A stretch of DNA of 64,000 nucleotides from a virus, in the IMG/VR virus record IMGVR_UViG_3300046007_008124, positions 28,078-92,077 of that record. One strand, given 5' to 3'. The position numbers and the translations under genes are program-made. The notes below the pieces were generated by a model, which worked only from the letters and a program-made list of their open reading frames with translations, was not told where the DNA came from and did no database searches. Below are positions 40,521 to 49,772 of this stretch, in pieces; position 1 is the stretch's first letter, and every line of letters starts with the position of its first letter.

Positions 40521-41561
40521 ATGCCATTACCTAAAAAAATAAAAAAGGATATTAACCTAATTGAAAAGAAAACTCTTTTACCTAGGAGACATGAAATTGC
40601 TAATATGATTTCACAAGACGGTACGTATTTACCAAAATCATTATTACATCCGGATTTAGATAGAGGGTTTTTAGATTTTGTTCGTGATGAATTAAAGTGT
40701 GTTGTTGAAGGTAATACAATACCTATGGTTGACATTTTAATAACAACACAAAATTGGTCGCAATTTACTGAAACTTGGGATTTTCAAAATATAGATAAGA
40801 ATGTTGAACCACCATTCATTGGTGTTATAAGAACTCCTGAAGTAACATTTGGTGCCGCACCTTTTATCGCTGCAGGTAATATACCAAATAGAAGACAATA
40901 TTTTTATGCAAAGGTACCAACTTGGGACGGACAAAGGCATGGGTTTGATATCTACAAAATACCACAACCAATTTCTATTGATATAAAATATACAGTAGTA
41001 ATTGTTTGTAATAGAATGAGAGAGTTAAATAAATTTAATCAAACTGTTTTAACAAAATTTGCATCAAAACAAGCCTACCAAGTAATTAAAGGACACTACA
41101 TACCAATTATTATGGGTGATGTACAAGATGAATCAATTTTAGATCTTGAGAAGAGAAAAGTATATCTACAAAAATATACATTTACATTACAAGGATTTTT
41201 ATTGGACGAGGATGAGTTTGAAGTATCACCAGCTGTAACAAGAACTTTCCAAATTTTTGAAACTGAAAGTACTATTAAAAAAAGAAAACAAAAAAAACCG
41301 CAACCACAAATACCACCAACTTATATCCCAACATATGGAGTTGGCAATTTAGTTAACGTTCAAAAATTTGATTACACAGTAAATTTAAAATTATCAAGTA
41401 ATGAAAATGTTGACAGTTTCCAGGTTTTTATAAATGATGATTTTTATGGTACAAGTGTTACTGAAATACAAATTAATACCGGAGACGAATTAAGGATTGT
41501 AATTACAAAAGACGATAACACAAAAGAATCAAATATAATATTCAATCAAGAGTTAATTTAA
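40521..41561 (+). CDS. Putative tail terminator/completion protein (gp15-like)
   Basis: Sits between the gp14-like gene and the sheath; PISIDIKYTVVI..NRMRELN pattern. Confidence 0.45.
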   Translation: MPLPKKIKKDINLIEKKTLLPRRHEIANMISQDGTYLPKSLLHPDLDRGFLDFVRDELKCVVEGNTIPMVDILITTQNWSQFTETWDFQNIDKNVEPPFIGVIRTPEVTFGAAPFIAAGNIPNRRQYFYAKVPTWDGQRHGFDIYKIPQPISIDIKYTVVIVCNRMRELNKFNQTVLTKFASKQAYQVIKGHYIPIIMGDVQDESILDLEKRKVYLQKYTFTLQGFLLDEDEFEVSPAVTRTFQIFETESTIKKRKQKKPQPQIPPTYIPTYGVGNLVNVQKFDYTVNLKLSSNENVDSFQVFINDDFYGTSVTEIQINTGDELRIVITKDDNTKESNIIFNQELI

Positions 41562-41722
41562 TTCTCACCATATATATCTTTTTTTTCTTTACATTTTTCA
41601 ATAATTAAGTTTTCTAAAAACTTATACATTTTAATTCCTCTCTTATCACAATACTTTTTTAATATCTCGTGACTTTCTATTGAGATTTTTAAATTTTTAA
41701 TTTTTTTTGGTTCTTTATCCAT
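41558..41722 (-). CDS. Small ribbon-helix-helix-like protein (54 aa, not in ORF track)
   Basis: Translated by hand: MDKEPKKIKNLKISIESHEILKKYCDKRGIKMYKFLENLIIEKCKEKKDIYGEN. Minus-strand TATTTAT at 41759-41765. Confidence 0.65.
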   Translation of the reverse strand: MDKEPKKIKNLKISIESHEILKKYCDKRGIKMYKFLENLIIEKCKEKKDIYGEN

Positions 41723-41801
41723 AGGTAGAAAAAAGGTAGAAAAAAATCATACCAATATATAAATAGTTTTATTTAAGTAAAGTTTTTGGGTAAAATGTCA
41801 A

Positions 41802-41808
41802 TATTTAT
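41802..41808 (+). promoter_or_regulatory. TATTTAT putative late promoter (representative copy)
   Basis: Same 7-mer in sense orientation at 2907, 16173, 23196, 26138, 30431, 33318, 39608, 39987, 45273, 46192, 47740, 49758, 62113 (+) and 15614, 35618, 37730, 41759 (-). Confidence 0.7.
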
Positions 41809-41844
41809 ATATAAAAATAAAATATTAAATAAAATTTAAAACCT

Positions 41845-44800
41845 ATGGCAACTAACAGTAAAGTATTTGTATCACCAGGTGTTTATACTTCTGAAGTAGA
41901 TTTAAGTTTTGTAGCACAAAGTGTTGGTGTTACAACTTTAGGTATTGCTGGTGAGACATTAAAAGGTCCGGCATTTGAACCTATATTCGTTAGAAATTAT
42001 GACGAATACACTACTTACTTCGGTGGAACCACACCTGAAAAATTCGTAAACACACAAATTCCAAAGTATGAGGCATCATACATAGCAAAAGCATATTTGC
42101 AACAATCTAACCAATTATTTGTTACAAGAATATTAGGTCTTTCTGGTTATGATGCTGGACCTTCTTGGTCTATTGTAACTAAAGCTAATGTTGACCCAAC
42201 AACAGTTAAATTTAATTGTGTTAGCGGTGCTGTTGATCCGTCAACTTGTGAATTTGTTTGTTACACAGCTAAAACATTATCATTTGTTGTAAACTTTACA
42301 GGGTGTACAAATGGTATAAGTACTATTAGCTTTGAGACATCATTTCCAAATGAAATAGAATCTATATTAACTGAAGATTATGAAGGTTTTGATGGTTCAA
42401 TTTCTACAATTGATAATGATATTAAAAATTTAATTAACAATGTTATAAACGATGTTAACCCATTAACAGCACAAACAAATAATATAAGTTATTTTGGTGC
42501 TATTGATGGTGATGACTATGATACGTTAGCAACAATATTTTCAGCAGAAACAAATGTATATGATGTACCATCAGTTTCTGGTTTTAAAAATGATGGGACA
42601 TCGGTTAACGATTACACATCTCCATTTAATGATGCGTGGTATTATTCATTATTTGATAATGTAGGTGGAGGATCTTATTCAGGATTTTCGTTCTTTACAT
42701 ATGTTGATGATTTATTTGAGATTATCCCAATTACAACTACTTCAACAACAATGACACCTTCACCAACACCATCAGCATCACCGGTTAATCCTTGTGTTAG
42801 TCCAACGCCATTAACTTCACCAACACCAACACCAACTCCGGTTAATATTGATTGTTGGTCAGGTAGTGTTGTTGGTAAAATCTATTACTATGAAGGTGTG
42901 TCTTATACTGATTATGATGATTTAGTAATTGGAACTTTAAGATCAAGAGGTATTGCAACATATTCAGATGCTAACAATCCTGTTTATGAAGTATCTAATA
43001 TTAATAATGTTAATTTAGATATGACAGGACAATATGTTGGTGTACTTAAAAACCCATATTTACCATTTGCAATTAATGTGACAAATGATAGTGGAACAAA
43101 CTTTACTTTTGAAACTTCATTTAGTCAATCAGATTCACAATACATTGCAAAAGTATTTGGTGGTACTAACTTTGGTAAACCAAGACAATCTACACCATTA
43201 TTCTTAGAGGAAAGATTCCAATCTCTTTTAAATTACGGTTGGAGAAAAGGATTTATTAGAGGATTGAGTTCTGAAATTGTTGCATTAGATTCGGCACAAA
43301 GTGAAAGTCCACAGTCTATTGGTTGGTATTTAGATAGATATCAATCACCATCTTCACCTTGGGTTGTATCAGAATTAAGAGGTAATAAAACTTTTAACTT
43401 ATTTAAGTTTTACACAATTTCTGATGGTAATAGTGCAAACTCCGAAGTTAAAATTTCATTCATTAATATGTCATTTGCCAATAGAACATTTGATGTTTTA
43501 GTTAGAGATTATTATGACGTAGATTCAAATCCAGTTGTGATTGAAAAATTCACAAACTGTTCTATGGACCCATCTCAAAATAATTTTATTGCTAAAAAAA
43601 TTGGAACGCTAGATGGTGAATACGAATTAAATTCAAAATATATAATGGTTGAGATGAATGAGGACGCACCAATAGATGCACTACCTTGTGGTTTTGACGG
43701 TTATACATTTAGAGAATATGCTGGTGTTAAATCTCCATTCCCAGTTTATAAAACTAAATATGATTTTCCTGGTGAAGTAATTTATAATCCACCATTTGGT
43801 TTATCATCTGGAGCTGACGATTCAATTAGAAGTTCTGGTGATAATATCAGAAGAACTTACCTTGGTTTCTCAAATAATATTGGTTTTGATACAAGTTTCT
43901 TTGAATATAAAGGAAAAAGAAGTCCATTAACAACTTGTGAATTAGAAGGTGGCGAATGGGCTTACAGAACAAGAGGATTCCATATGGACCAATTTGCTAG
44001 TGGTATTACAATTTCTAGTGGATTTGCAACAAGTGGAACACCAAAATATTATGTAGGCGCGGCATCTTTCTCTTCTGAACCAACAGATATTAATAGTCCA
44101 TATTATAGATTATTCTCAAGAAAATTCACAATGTTAGTTTATGGTGGATTTGATGGTTGGGATATCTATAGAGAATATAGAACTAATGGTGATAGATTTG
44201 TTTTAGGTCGTCAAGGATTCCTTAATGGTGCTTGTGTGTCAGACAGATACCCAACAGCAACAGGGTGGGGTGCGTTTAAACAAATCTCAATTGGTGATGG
44301 TACAACTGACTATGCAAATACAGATTATTACGCTTACTTATTAGGTATTAAAACTTTTGCTAACCCAGAAGCTGTTAATATTAACGTATTCGTATCACCT
44401 GGTATTGATTATGTAAATAATAGTGATTTAGTTGAGGCGACAATTGATATGATTGAAAACGAAAGAGCTGATTCACTTTATATTGCAACAACACCGGATT
44501 ACAATATGTTTGTTCCTACAACAACTGAAGGTGATAATTTAATTTACCCACAAGAAGCTGTTGATAACTTGGAAACAACTGGAATTGATTCTAACTATAC
44601 GGCAACATATTATCCTTGGGTATTAACAAGAGATAGTGTAAACAATACACAAATCTATATTCCAGCAACGGCTGAAGTTACAAGAAACTTGGCACTTACT
44701 GATAATATAGCATTCCCTTGGTTTGCAGCGGCTGGTTATACTCGTGGTATTGTAAATTCAATTAAAGCTCGTAAGAAATTAACACAAGAAGACAGAGATG

Positions 44801-45210
44801 TCCTTTATGTTGGAAGACTAAACCCAATCGCAACATTTGCCGATGTAGGTACCGTAATTTGGGGTAACAAAACTCTACAAGTAAGAGAGTCAGCACTTGA
44901 CAGAATCAACGTAAGAAGATTATTGTTACAAGCAAGAAAATTAATTTCAGCTGTATCTGTAAGACTATTGTTTGATCAAAATGATGAACAAGTAAGACAA
45001 GACTTCTTGAATGCGGTTAATCCAATATTAGATGCGATTAGAAGAGATAGAGGTTTATATGACTTTAGAGTTACTGTATCAAGTGATACTGAAGATTTAG
45101 ATAGAAACCAAATGACTGGTAAAATTTATATCAAACCAACAAGGTCTCTTGAATTTATTGACATCACATTCTACATTACACCGACTGGTGCGTCTTTTGA
45201 TGATGTATAA
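41845..45210 (+). CDS. Contractile tail sheath protein (gp18-like)
   Basis: VSPGVYTSEVDLS, YYPWV, PWFAAAGYTRG, WGNKTLQ, LDRINVRRLL, IYIKPTRSLEFI. Confidence 0.95.
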   Translation: MATNSKVFVSPGVYTSEVDLSFVAQSVGVTTLGIAGETLKGPAFEPIFVRNYDEYTTYFGGTTPEKFVNTQIPKYEASYIAKAYLQQSNQLFVTRILGLSGYDAGPSWSIVTKANVDPTTVKFNCVSGAVDPSTCEFVCYTAKTLSFVVNFTGCTNGISTISFETSFPNEIESILTEDYEGFDGSISTIDNDIKNLINNVINDVNPLTAQTNNISYFGAIDGDDYDTLATIFSAETNVYDVPSVSGFKNDGTSVNDYTSPFNDAWYYSLFDNVGGGSYSGFSFFTYVDDLFEIIPITTTSTTMTPSPTPSASPVNPCVSPTPLTSPTPTPTPVNIDCWSGSVVGKIYYYEGVSYTDYDDLVIGTLRSRGIATYSDANNPVYEVSNINNVNLDMTGQYVGVLKNPYLPFAINVTNDSGTNFTFETSFSQSDSQYIAKVFGGTNFGKPRQSTPLFLEERFQSLLNYGWRKGFIRGLSSEIVALDSAQSESPQSIGWYLDRYQSPSSPWVVSELRGNKTFNLFKFYTISDGNSANSEVKISFINMSFANRTFDVLVRDYYDVDSNPVVIEKFTNCSMDPSQNNFIAKKIGTLDGEYELNSKYIMVEMNEDAPIDALPCGFDGYTFREYAGVKSPFPVYKTKYDFPGEVIYNPPFGLSSGADDSIRSSGDNIRRTYLGFSNNIGFDTSFFEYKGKRSPLTTCELEGGEWAYRTRGFHMDQFASGITISSGFATSGTPKYYVGAASFSSEPTDINSPYYRLFSRKFTMLVYGGFDGWDIYREYRTNGDRFVLGRQGFLNGACVSDRYPTATGWGAFKQISIGDGTTDYANTDYYAYLLGIKTFANPEAVNINVFVSPGIDYVNNSDLVEATIDMIENERADSLYIATTPDYNMFVPTTTEGDNLIYPQEAVDNLETTGIDSNYTATYYPWVLTRDSVNNTQIYIPATAEVTRNLALTDNIAFPWFAAAGYTRGIVNSIKARKKLTQEDRDVLYVGRLNPIATFADVGTVIWGNKTLQVRESALDRINVRRLLLQARKLISAVSVRLLFDQNDEQVRQDFLNAVNPILDAIRRDRGLYDFRVTVSSDTEDLDRNQMTGKIYIKPTRSLEFIDITFYITPTGASFDDV

Positions 45211-45229
45211 ATAAAAAGTTGATAATTTT

Positions 45230-45261
45230 AAAATGGTGATTAGAAATAGTCACCATTTTTT
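45230..45261 (+). terminator. Intrinsic terminator (GAAA tetraloop)
   Basis: AAAATGGTGATTA-GAAA-TAGTCACCATTTT followed by Ts. Confidence 0.82.
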
Positions 45262-45283
45262 ATTTTATGTAATATTTATTAAT

Positions 45284-46117
45284 ATGAATTATAAAAAAAT
45301 AGTTAGAAGACTACTCAATGAAATAATTGACGAAAAGGAAAATCCGGTAATGAAATATTACGCTTTTGACTGGGATGATAACTTAATGTTTATGCCAACT
45401 AAAATTTATTTAAAAGATAATAATGGTAAAAGTGTTGGTATGTCAACAGAAGATTTTGCTGAATACAGAACTGATATTGGAAAAAAAGATTTTAAATACG
45501 AGGGTCATACTATTGTAGATTTTGATGATAATCCATTTAGAGATTTTAGGGTTACTGGTGATAAAAAATTTTTAGTAGATGCAATGAAAGCACCAATCGG
45601 TCCGGCGTGGTCTGATTTTGTGGAAGCAATTAACAACGGTTCCGTATTTGCAATTATAACCGCAAGAGGTCACACACCATCAGTGTTAAAAGAAGCCGTA
45701 TATAGACTTATTGTTAGTAATAAACACGGACTTGATATGACTAAACTTGTAAAAAATTTAAAAAAATATAGAGAGTTAGCTGACGAAGATGATATGTCTG
45801 ATGATGAGTTAGTAAGAGCTTATTTAGATATGTGTAAATTCCACCCAGTTTCATATGGTGAAGGTTCGGCTACAAATCCAGAACAAGGAAAAATTGATGC
45901 AATGGAGAAATTTGTAAGTTATGTTAAAAGATTATCGCATCAATTACAGAAAAAAGCATTTATGAAAAATAAAATAGGGAATTATTTTACACCATTTATT
46001 GGTTTTTCAGATGATGATGTAAGAAATATAGAAACAATGAAAAAACATTTTGAGAAAAAAGACGATAATATTTTAAAGACTTATTTAACAGCAGGAGGTA
46101 AAAAAAGATTATATTAA
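45284..46117 (+). CDS. HAD-superfamily phosphatase-like protein
   Basis: FDWDDNL (DxD), ITARGH, GFSDDD. Start moved to 45284 because the listed ATG at 45233 lies inside the terminator, upstream of TATTTAT. Confidence 0.65.
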   Translation: MNYKKIVRRLLNEIIDEKENPVMKYYAFDWDDNLMFMPTKIYLKDNNGKSVGMSTEDFAEYRTDIGKKDFKYEGHTIVDFDDNPFRDFRVTGDKKFLVDAMKAPIGPAWSDFVEAINNGSVFAIITARGHTPSVLKEAVYRLIVSNKHGLDMTKLVKNLKKYRELADEDDMSDDELVRAYLDMCKFHPVSYGEGSATNPEQGKIDAMEKFVSYVKRLSHQLQKKAFMKNKIGNYFTPFIGFSDDDVRNIETMKKHFEKKDDNILKTYLTAGGKKRLY

Positions 46118-46239
46118 TTATTATATAGTTCTTATTATATATAATTAGATAAAAAAAACCAAAGTAAATAGAAAAATTTTTCAATAGCAAATATTTATTG
46201 AAATAAAACAATAAAATAAAAAATTAAAAAATAGAAATT

Positions 46240-46728
46240 ATGGCTGATTTATTAATGAAAATGCCTATTCCTTACGAACCGAAACGTAACAATAGATGGA
46301 TTTTAAGATTCCCTTCATCATTAGGAATTAATGAATGGTACGTTGAAAGTACGTCAAGACCTAAATTAAGTATTAACTCCGTTAAGATACCATTCTTAAA
46401 CACTGAAACGTATGTTGCTGGTAACTTTACATGGGGTGAACTAGCTGTAACATTTAGAGACCCAATTGGTCCTTCAGCAACACAAGCCGTTATGGAATGG
46501 ATTAGAACTTGTGCTGAGTCTGTTACCGGTCGTATGGGTTATGCTGCTGGTTATAAGAAAAATGTTGACCTTGAAATGTTGGACCCAACTGGAGTTGTTG
46601 TTGAGAAATGGATTTTAGAAGGTGCCTGGTTAAAAGGGTATGATGGTGGATCACTTAAATATGGTGGTGATGAGATTGCAACAATTTCTTCAACCATTGT
46701 AATGGACAGATGTATCTTGGTTTACTGA
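46240..46728 (+). CDS. Tail tube protein (gp19-like)
   Basis: EPKRNNRW, SRPK, YVAGNFTW, GYAAGYKK, LDPTGVVVEKWILEGAW; located after the sheath. Confidence 0.85.
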   Translation: MADLLMKMPIPYEPKRNNRWILRFPSSLGINEWYVESTSRPKLSINSVKIPFLNTETYVAGNFTWGELAVTFRDPIGPSATQAVMEWIRTCAESVTGRMGYAAGYKKNVDLEMLDPTGVVVEKWILEGAWLKGYDGGSLKYGGDEIATISSTIVMDRCILVY

Positions 46729-46758
46729 TTTTTTTAGAAAAAATTTACTTTTAATATT

Positions 46759-46792
46759 AACCGCATATCTTTAATTAGTATGCGGTTTTTTT
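46759..46792 (+). terminator. Intrinsic terminator
   Basis: AACCGCATA...TATGCGGTT plus T-tract after the tube gene. Confidence 0.75.
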
Positions 46793-46822
46793 ATGCTATA
46801 AAATAATAATAAAAATAAAATT

Positions 46823-47587
46823 ATGGAACAAGATTTAGTAAATTATGGACAACAAAATTTTAACTTACCACACGATATTATTCAGTTACCGTCTGGTGGT
46901 ATTTTTTATAAGTCAAAAAAGAAATCAATTAAAGTTGGTTATTTAACTGCCACTGATGAAAATATATTAGCAAATATTGATGGTAAAAAATCAATTAGAG
47001 AAGCTATTGTTGTACCATTATTAAGAAATAAAATTTATGAACCAGAAATTAGACCGGAAGAATTGTTAGAGGGTGATGTTGAAGCCGTTTTACTATTTTT
47101 AAGAAATACATCTTTTGGTCCGGAATATAAGTTAAATTTAACTGATCCTAAAACAAATCAACCATTTGAAGCATCAATTATGTTAGATGAGTTAAATATC
47201 AAACAACCAAAAATTCAACCAAATGAAGATGGTTTATTTGAAACAAAATTACCAATGTCAGGTTCAGTCGTTAAATTAAAACTATTAAGTCTAATGGATA
47301 CAATAGCCATTGATAATATTGTTGATATGTACCCAAAAGGTTATATCGCACCAACTGTTACAACAAGATTAAATAGAATGGTTGTAGAAATTGATGGAAA
47401 TACAAATAAAGAAGACATAGCAAAATTTTGTCAAAATATGTTGATTGGCGATTCAAAACACATTAGAAAGTTTATGAACGAAAATGAACCAAAATTAGAC
47501 CTAAACAGAAAAGTTATAGCCCCGTCTGGAGAAGAGGTAGATGTTCAAATCGCCTTTGGGGTTGAATTTTTTCGGCCTTTCTTCTAA
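46823..47587 (+). CDS. Tail/baseplate-hub assembly chaperone (gp26-like)
   Basis: LPSGGIFY, LTATDENIL, LFLRNTSFGPEY, C-terminal GVEFFRP; lies between tube and tape measure genes. Confidence 0.65.
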   Translation: MEQDLVNYGQQNFNLPHDIIQLPSGGIFYKSKKKSIKVGYLTATDENILANIDGKKSIREAIVVPLLRNKIYEPEIRPEELLEGDVEAVLLFLRNTSFGPEYKLNLTDPKTNQPFEASIMLDELNIKQPKIQPNEDGLFETKLPMSGSVVKLKLLSLMDTIAIDNIVDMYPKGYIAPTVTTRLNRMVVEIDGNTNKEDIAKFCQNMLIGDSKHIRKFMNENEPKLDLNRKVIAPSGEEVDVQIAFGVEFFRPFF

Positions 47588-47732
47588 CTACATTAAATTT
47601 TTAAACGAAGAATTCTACTATCTTTCCAAGTTTTTAAGAACACAATACTCTGAGTTCTTAACAATACCAACGTATATTAGAAAATTTTTATTAAATAAAA
47701 TTATAGAGGATCTTAAAATAGAAAAACCTTAA
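47541..47732 (+). CDS. Chaperone extension ORF (GT/gp51-like), probably reached by +1 frameshift
   Basis: In the +1 frame relative to the 46823 ORF and overlaps it at TTT TTT CGG (47567-47575); EFLTIPTYIRKFLL pattern. Confidence 0.55.
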   Translation: MFKSPLGLNFFGLSSNYIKFLNEEFYYLSKFLRTQYSEFLTIPTYIRKFLLNKIIEDLKIEKP

Positions 47733-47763
47733 GATTTGGTATTTATATTAAAATAACATTATT

Positions 47764-49740
47764 ATGTTTGCTGGAGGAAAAAAAGGTAAAGAATATCAAA
47801 AAAAGGAAGATTTAGAAAAAGCTTATGATGAGTTAACAAAACAAAAAGAAGCTCTAGAAGAAAAAATTTCTGATTCAAAAGAAAAAGAGGAAACAGTAGT
47901 TGCTAGTAATGCCTATGAGGTTGGTAACTTTGCTATAGGTATTACTGACGCGGCAAATGTAGGTAAAATATTAGAATCAGCATTTAAAGGTGTTGCTAAA
48001 AATTTTAATCCTGCAAATTTACAAAAAGATATTGAAGCCTTAACAAAACAAGCTCAAGACTTAGGTAATAATATGGGTATTGGTTCAGCTAGAGCCGGTG
48101 AGTTTAGGTCTATGATTGCCAATGCCGTTCCGGATATGGTTAGGCTTGGAATGACAGAACAGGAAGCTTTAAAAGTTTTTGAAAATGTACCAAAAAGTTT
48201 AGGTGTTAACACAACACTAGCAAAGGAAACAGTTGTTGAACTTGGGGCCGCATCAAAAATATCTGGTACTGATGCTGGAGAACTTGCAAACAAATTTAAA
48301 AATGTTGGTTTTAATTTGGATCAAGTTGGTAATAAGATGGCTGATGTTGCAAATTACGCAAAAGGTGTTGGTGTAAATGTTAATGCAGTAACAAAAGGTG
48401 TTGTTGATAATATTGGAAAGTTAAACACAATGAATTTTGAGGGAGGTCTTAAAGGTCTTACCAAAATGGTAGCACAATCAGAGATGTTGGGTATTAATAT
48501 GTCAAATGTTTTAAACAAAGCGGACGAATTAATGAATCCAGAAAGTGCTATTGAATTTTCATCAGCATTACAAAGACTTGGTGTTCAATCAAGTGCATTA
48601 CTAGATCCTTTATCAGCTATGGATATGGCATTAAATGACCCTGCTGCACTCCAAAATGAGATGGTTAAAATCTCACAACAGTTTACAAGGTTAAAAGCAG
48701 ACGGTTCAGGTTTTGAAATACTACCAGGTGCTAAATTACAACTTAAAGAAGTTGCGAAACAACTAGGTATGAATGCCGATGAATTGGCTAACATGGCAAT
48801 TAAGAGTTCGGATCTTGATATGAAAATGAGTAAAATCAGATTCCCTGGTTTTGCCGCATCAGAAGAAGATAGAACGTTAATTGCTAATATGTCACAAATG
48901 AAAGATGGTAAAGCCGTCGTTCAAATTAAAGACGAAGCTGGTCAAATGAAGGAAGTTGATGTTGAAAACTTAACCGCTGAACAATTAGAAGCACTTAAAA
49001 AAGACCAAGCAGATCAAAATAAATCAGCAGAAGAAATTGCAAGAGACCAATTATCCGTATTAGAAAAAATAAATGCAAATATTTCTGGAGCCCAAGGTGC
49101 AATGAGAATGGGTATAGCTAGTTCAGGTCCATTACAAAGAATGACAGATGCTTCTTATAAAATACAAGAAGCAACAACAAGAGGTTTTGGTGAACAAGTA
49201 ACAACAGAAGGTGTTAGAAATTTTGCCGCTGGAACTATGGGTGATGTTGAAAAAGGTATTGTAAATTTAGCAACAGGTGAAATTAATTTAGAAAATTTAA
49301 AATCAGCCTTAGGTGAGTTTGCAAATATACCAAGTAAAATTTTAGATGGTATAGAAAAAGCCGCAGGAGGGATTAAAGCAGGTGCTGTTAAAGCATATGT
49401 TGAAGGTTCATACGGAGTTCAAGAAACGTATAGTGAAGTAAGTGGAAAAAAACCAGAAAAACCAACAGTAGAAAATAGTACTGTTATACAAGGTGTTGAA
49501 GATTTAACTAATAAAATTAAAGAAGGTTATAGTAATGTAAAACAATTTTTAGGTATTGAAACAAAGACTGATGTTAATGTTAATGTTAAAACAGATCAAA
49601 ATGTTGGAAATATGACAGACCAACAGAAATCTACTATTACTGACGAGATTGTAAAATGGTTTTCTGACAATAACAATATAACATCTGTTTATAATAAAAT
49701 GTTAGAAGTTAATAAAGGTGATATGCCAAGTAAGCCTTAA
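47764..49740 (+). CDS. Tape measure protein
   Basis: 658-aa Ala/Gln/Lys-rich helical protein directly after the tube and chaperone genes. Confidence 0.7.
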   Translation: MFAGGKKGKEYQKKEDLEKAYDELTKQKEALEEKISDSKEKEETVVASNAYEVGNFAIGITDAANVGKILESAFKGVAKNFNPANLQKDIEALTKQAQDLGNNMGIGSARAGEFRSMIANAVPDMVRLGMTEQEALKVFENVPKSLGVNTTLAKETVVELGAASKISGTDAGELANKFKNVGFNLDQVGNKMADVANYAKGVGVNVNAVTKGVVDNIGKLNTMNFEGGLKGLTKMVAQSEMLGINMSNVLNKADELMNPESAIEFSSALQRLGVQSSALLDPLSAMDMALNDPAALQNEMVKISQQFTRLKADGSGFEILPGAKLQLKEVAKQLGMNADELANMAIKSSDLDMKMSKIRFPGFAASEEDRTLIANMSQMKDGKAVVQIKDEAGQMKEVDVENLTAEQLEALKKDQADQNKSAEEIARDQLSVLEKINANISGAQGAMRMGIASSGPLQRMTDASYKIQEATTRGFGEQVTTEGVRNFAAGTMGDVEKGIVNLATGEINLENLKSALGEFANIPSKILDGIEKAAGGIKAGAVKAYVEGSYGVQETYSEVSGKKPEKPTVENSTVIQGVEDLTNKIKEGYSNVKQFLGIETKTDVNVNVKTDQNVGNMTDQQKSTITDEIVKWFSDNNNITSVYNKMLEVNKGDMPSKP

Positions 49741-49772
49741 TAAAAATATTTTTTTTGTATTTATAAAATAAA

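Noticed and set aside
45233-45283. Listed start of the HAD gene at 45233
   Set aside because: It lies inside the terminator hairpin; the ATG at 45284 follows the TATTTAT motif.
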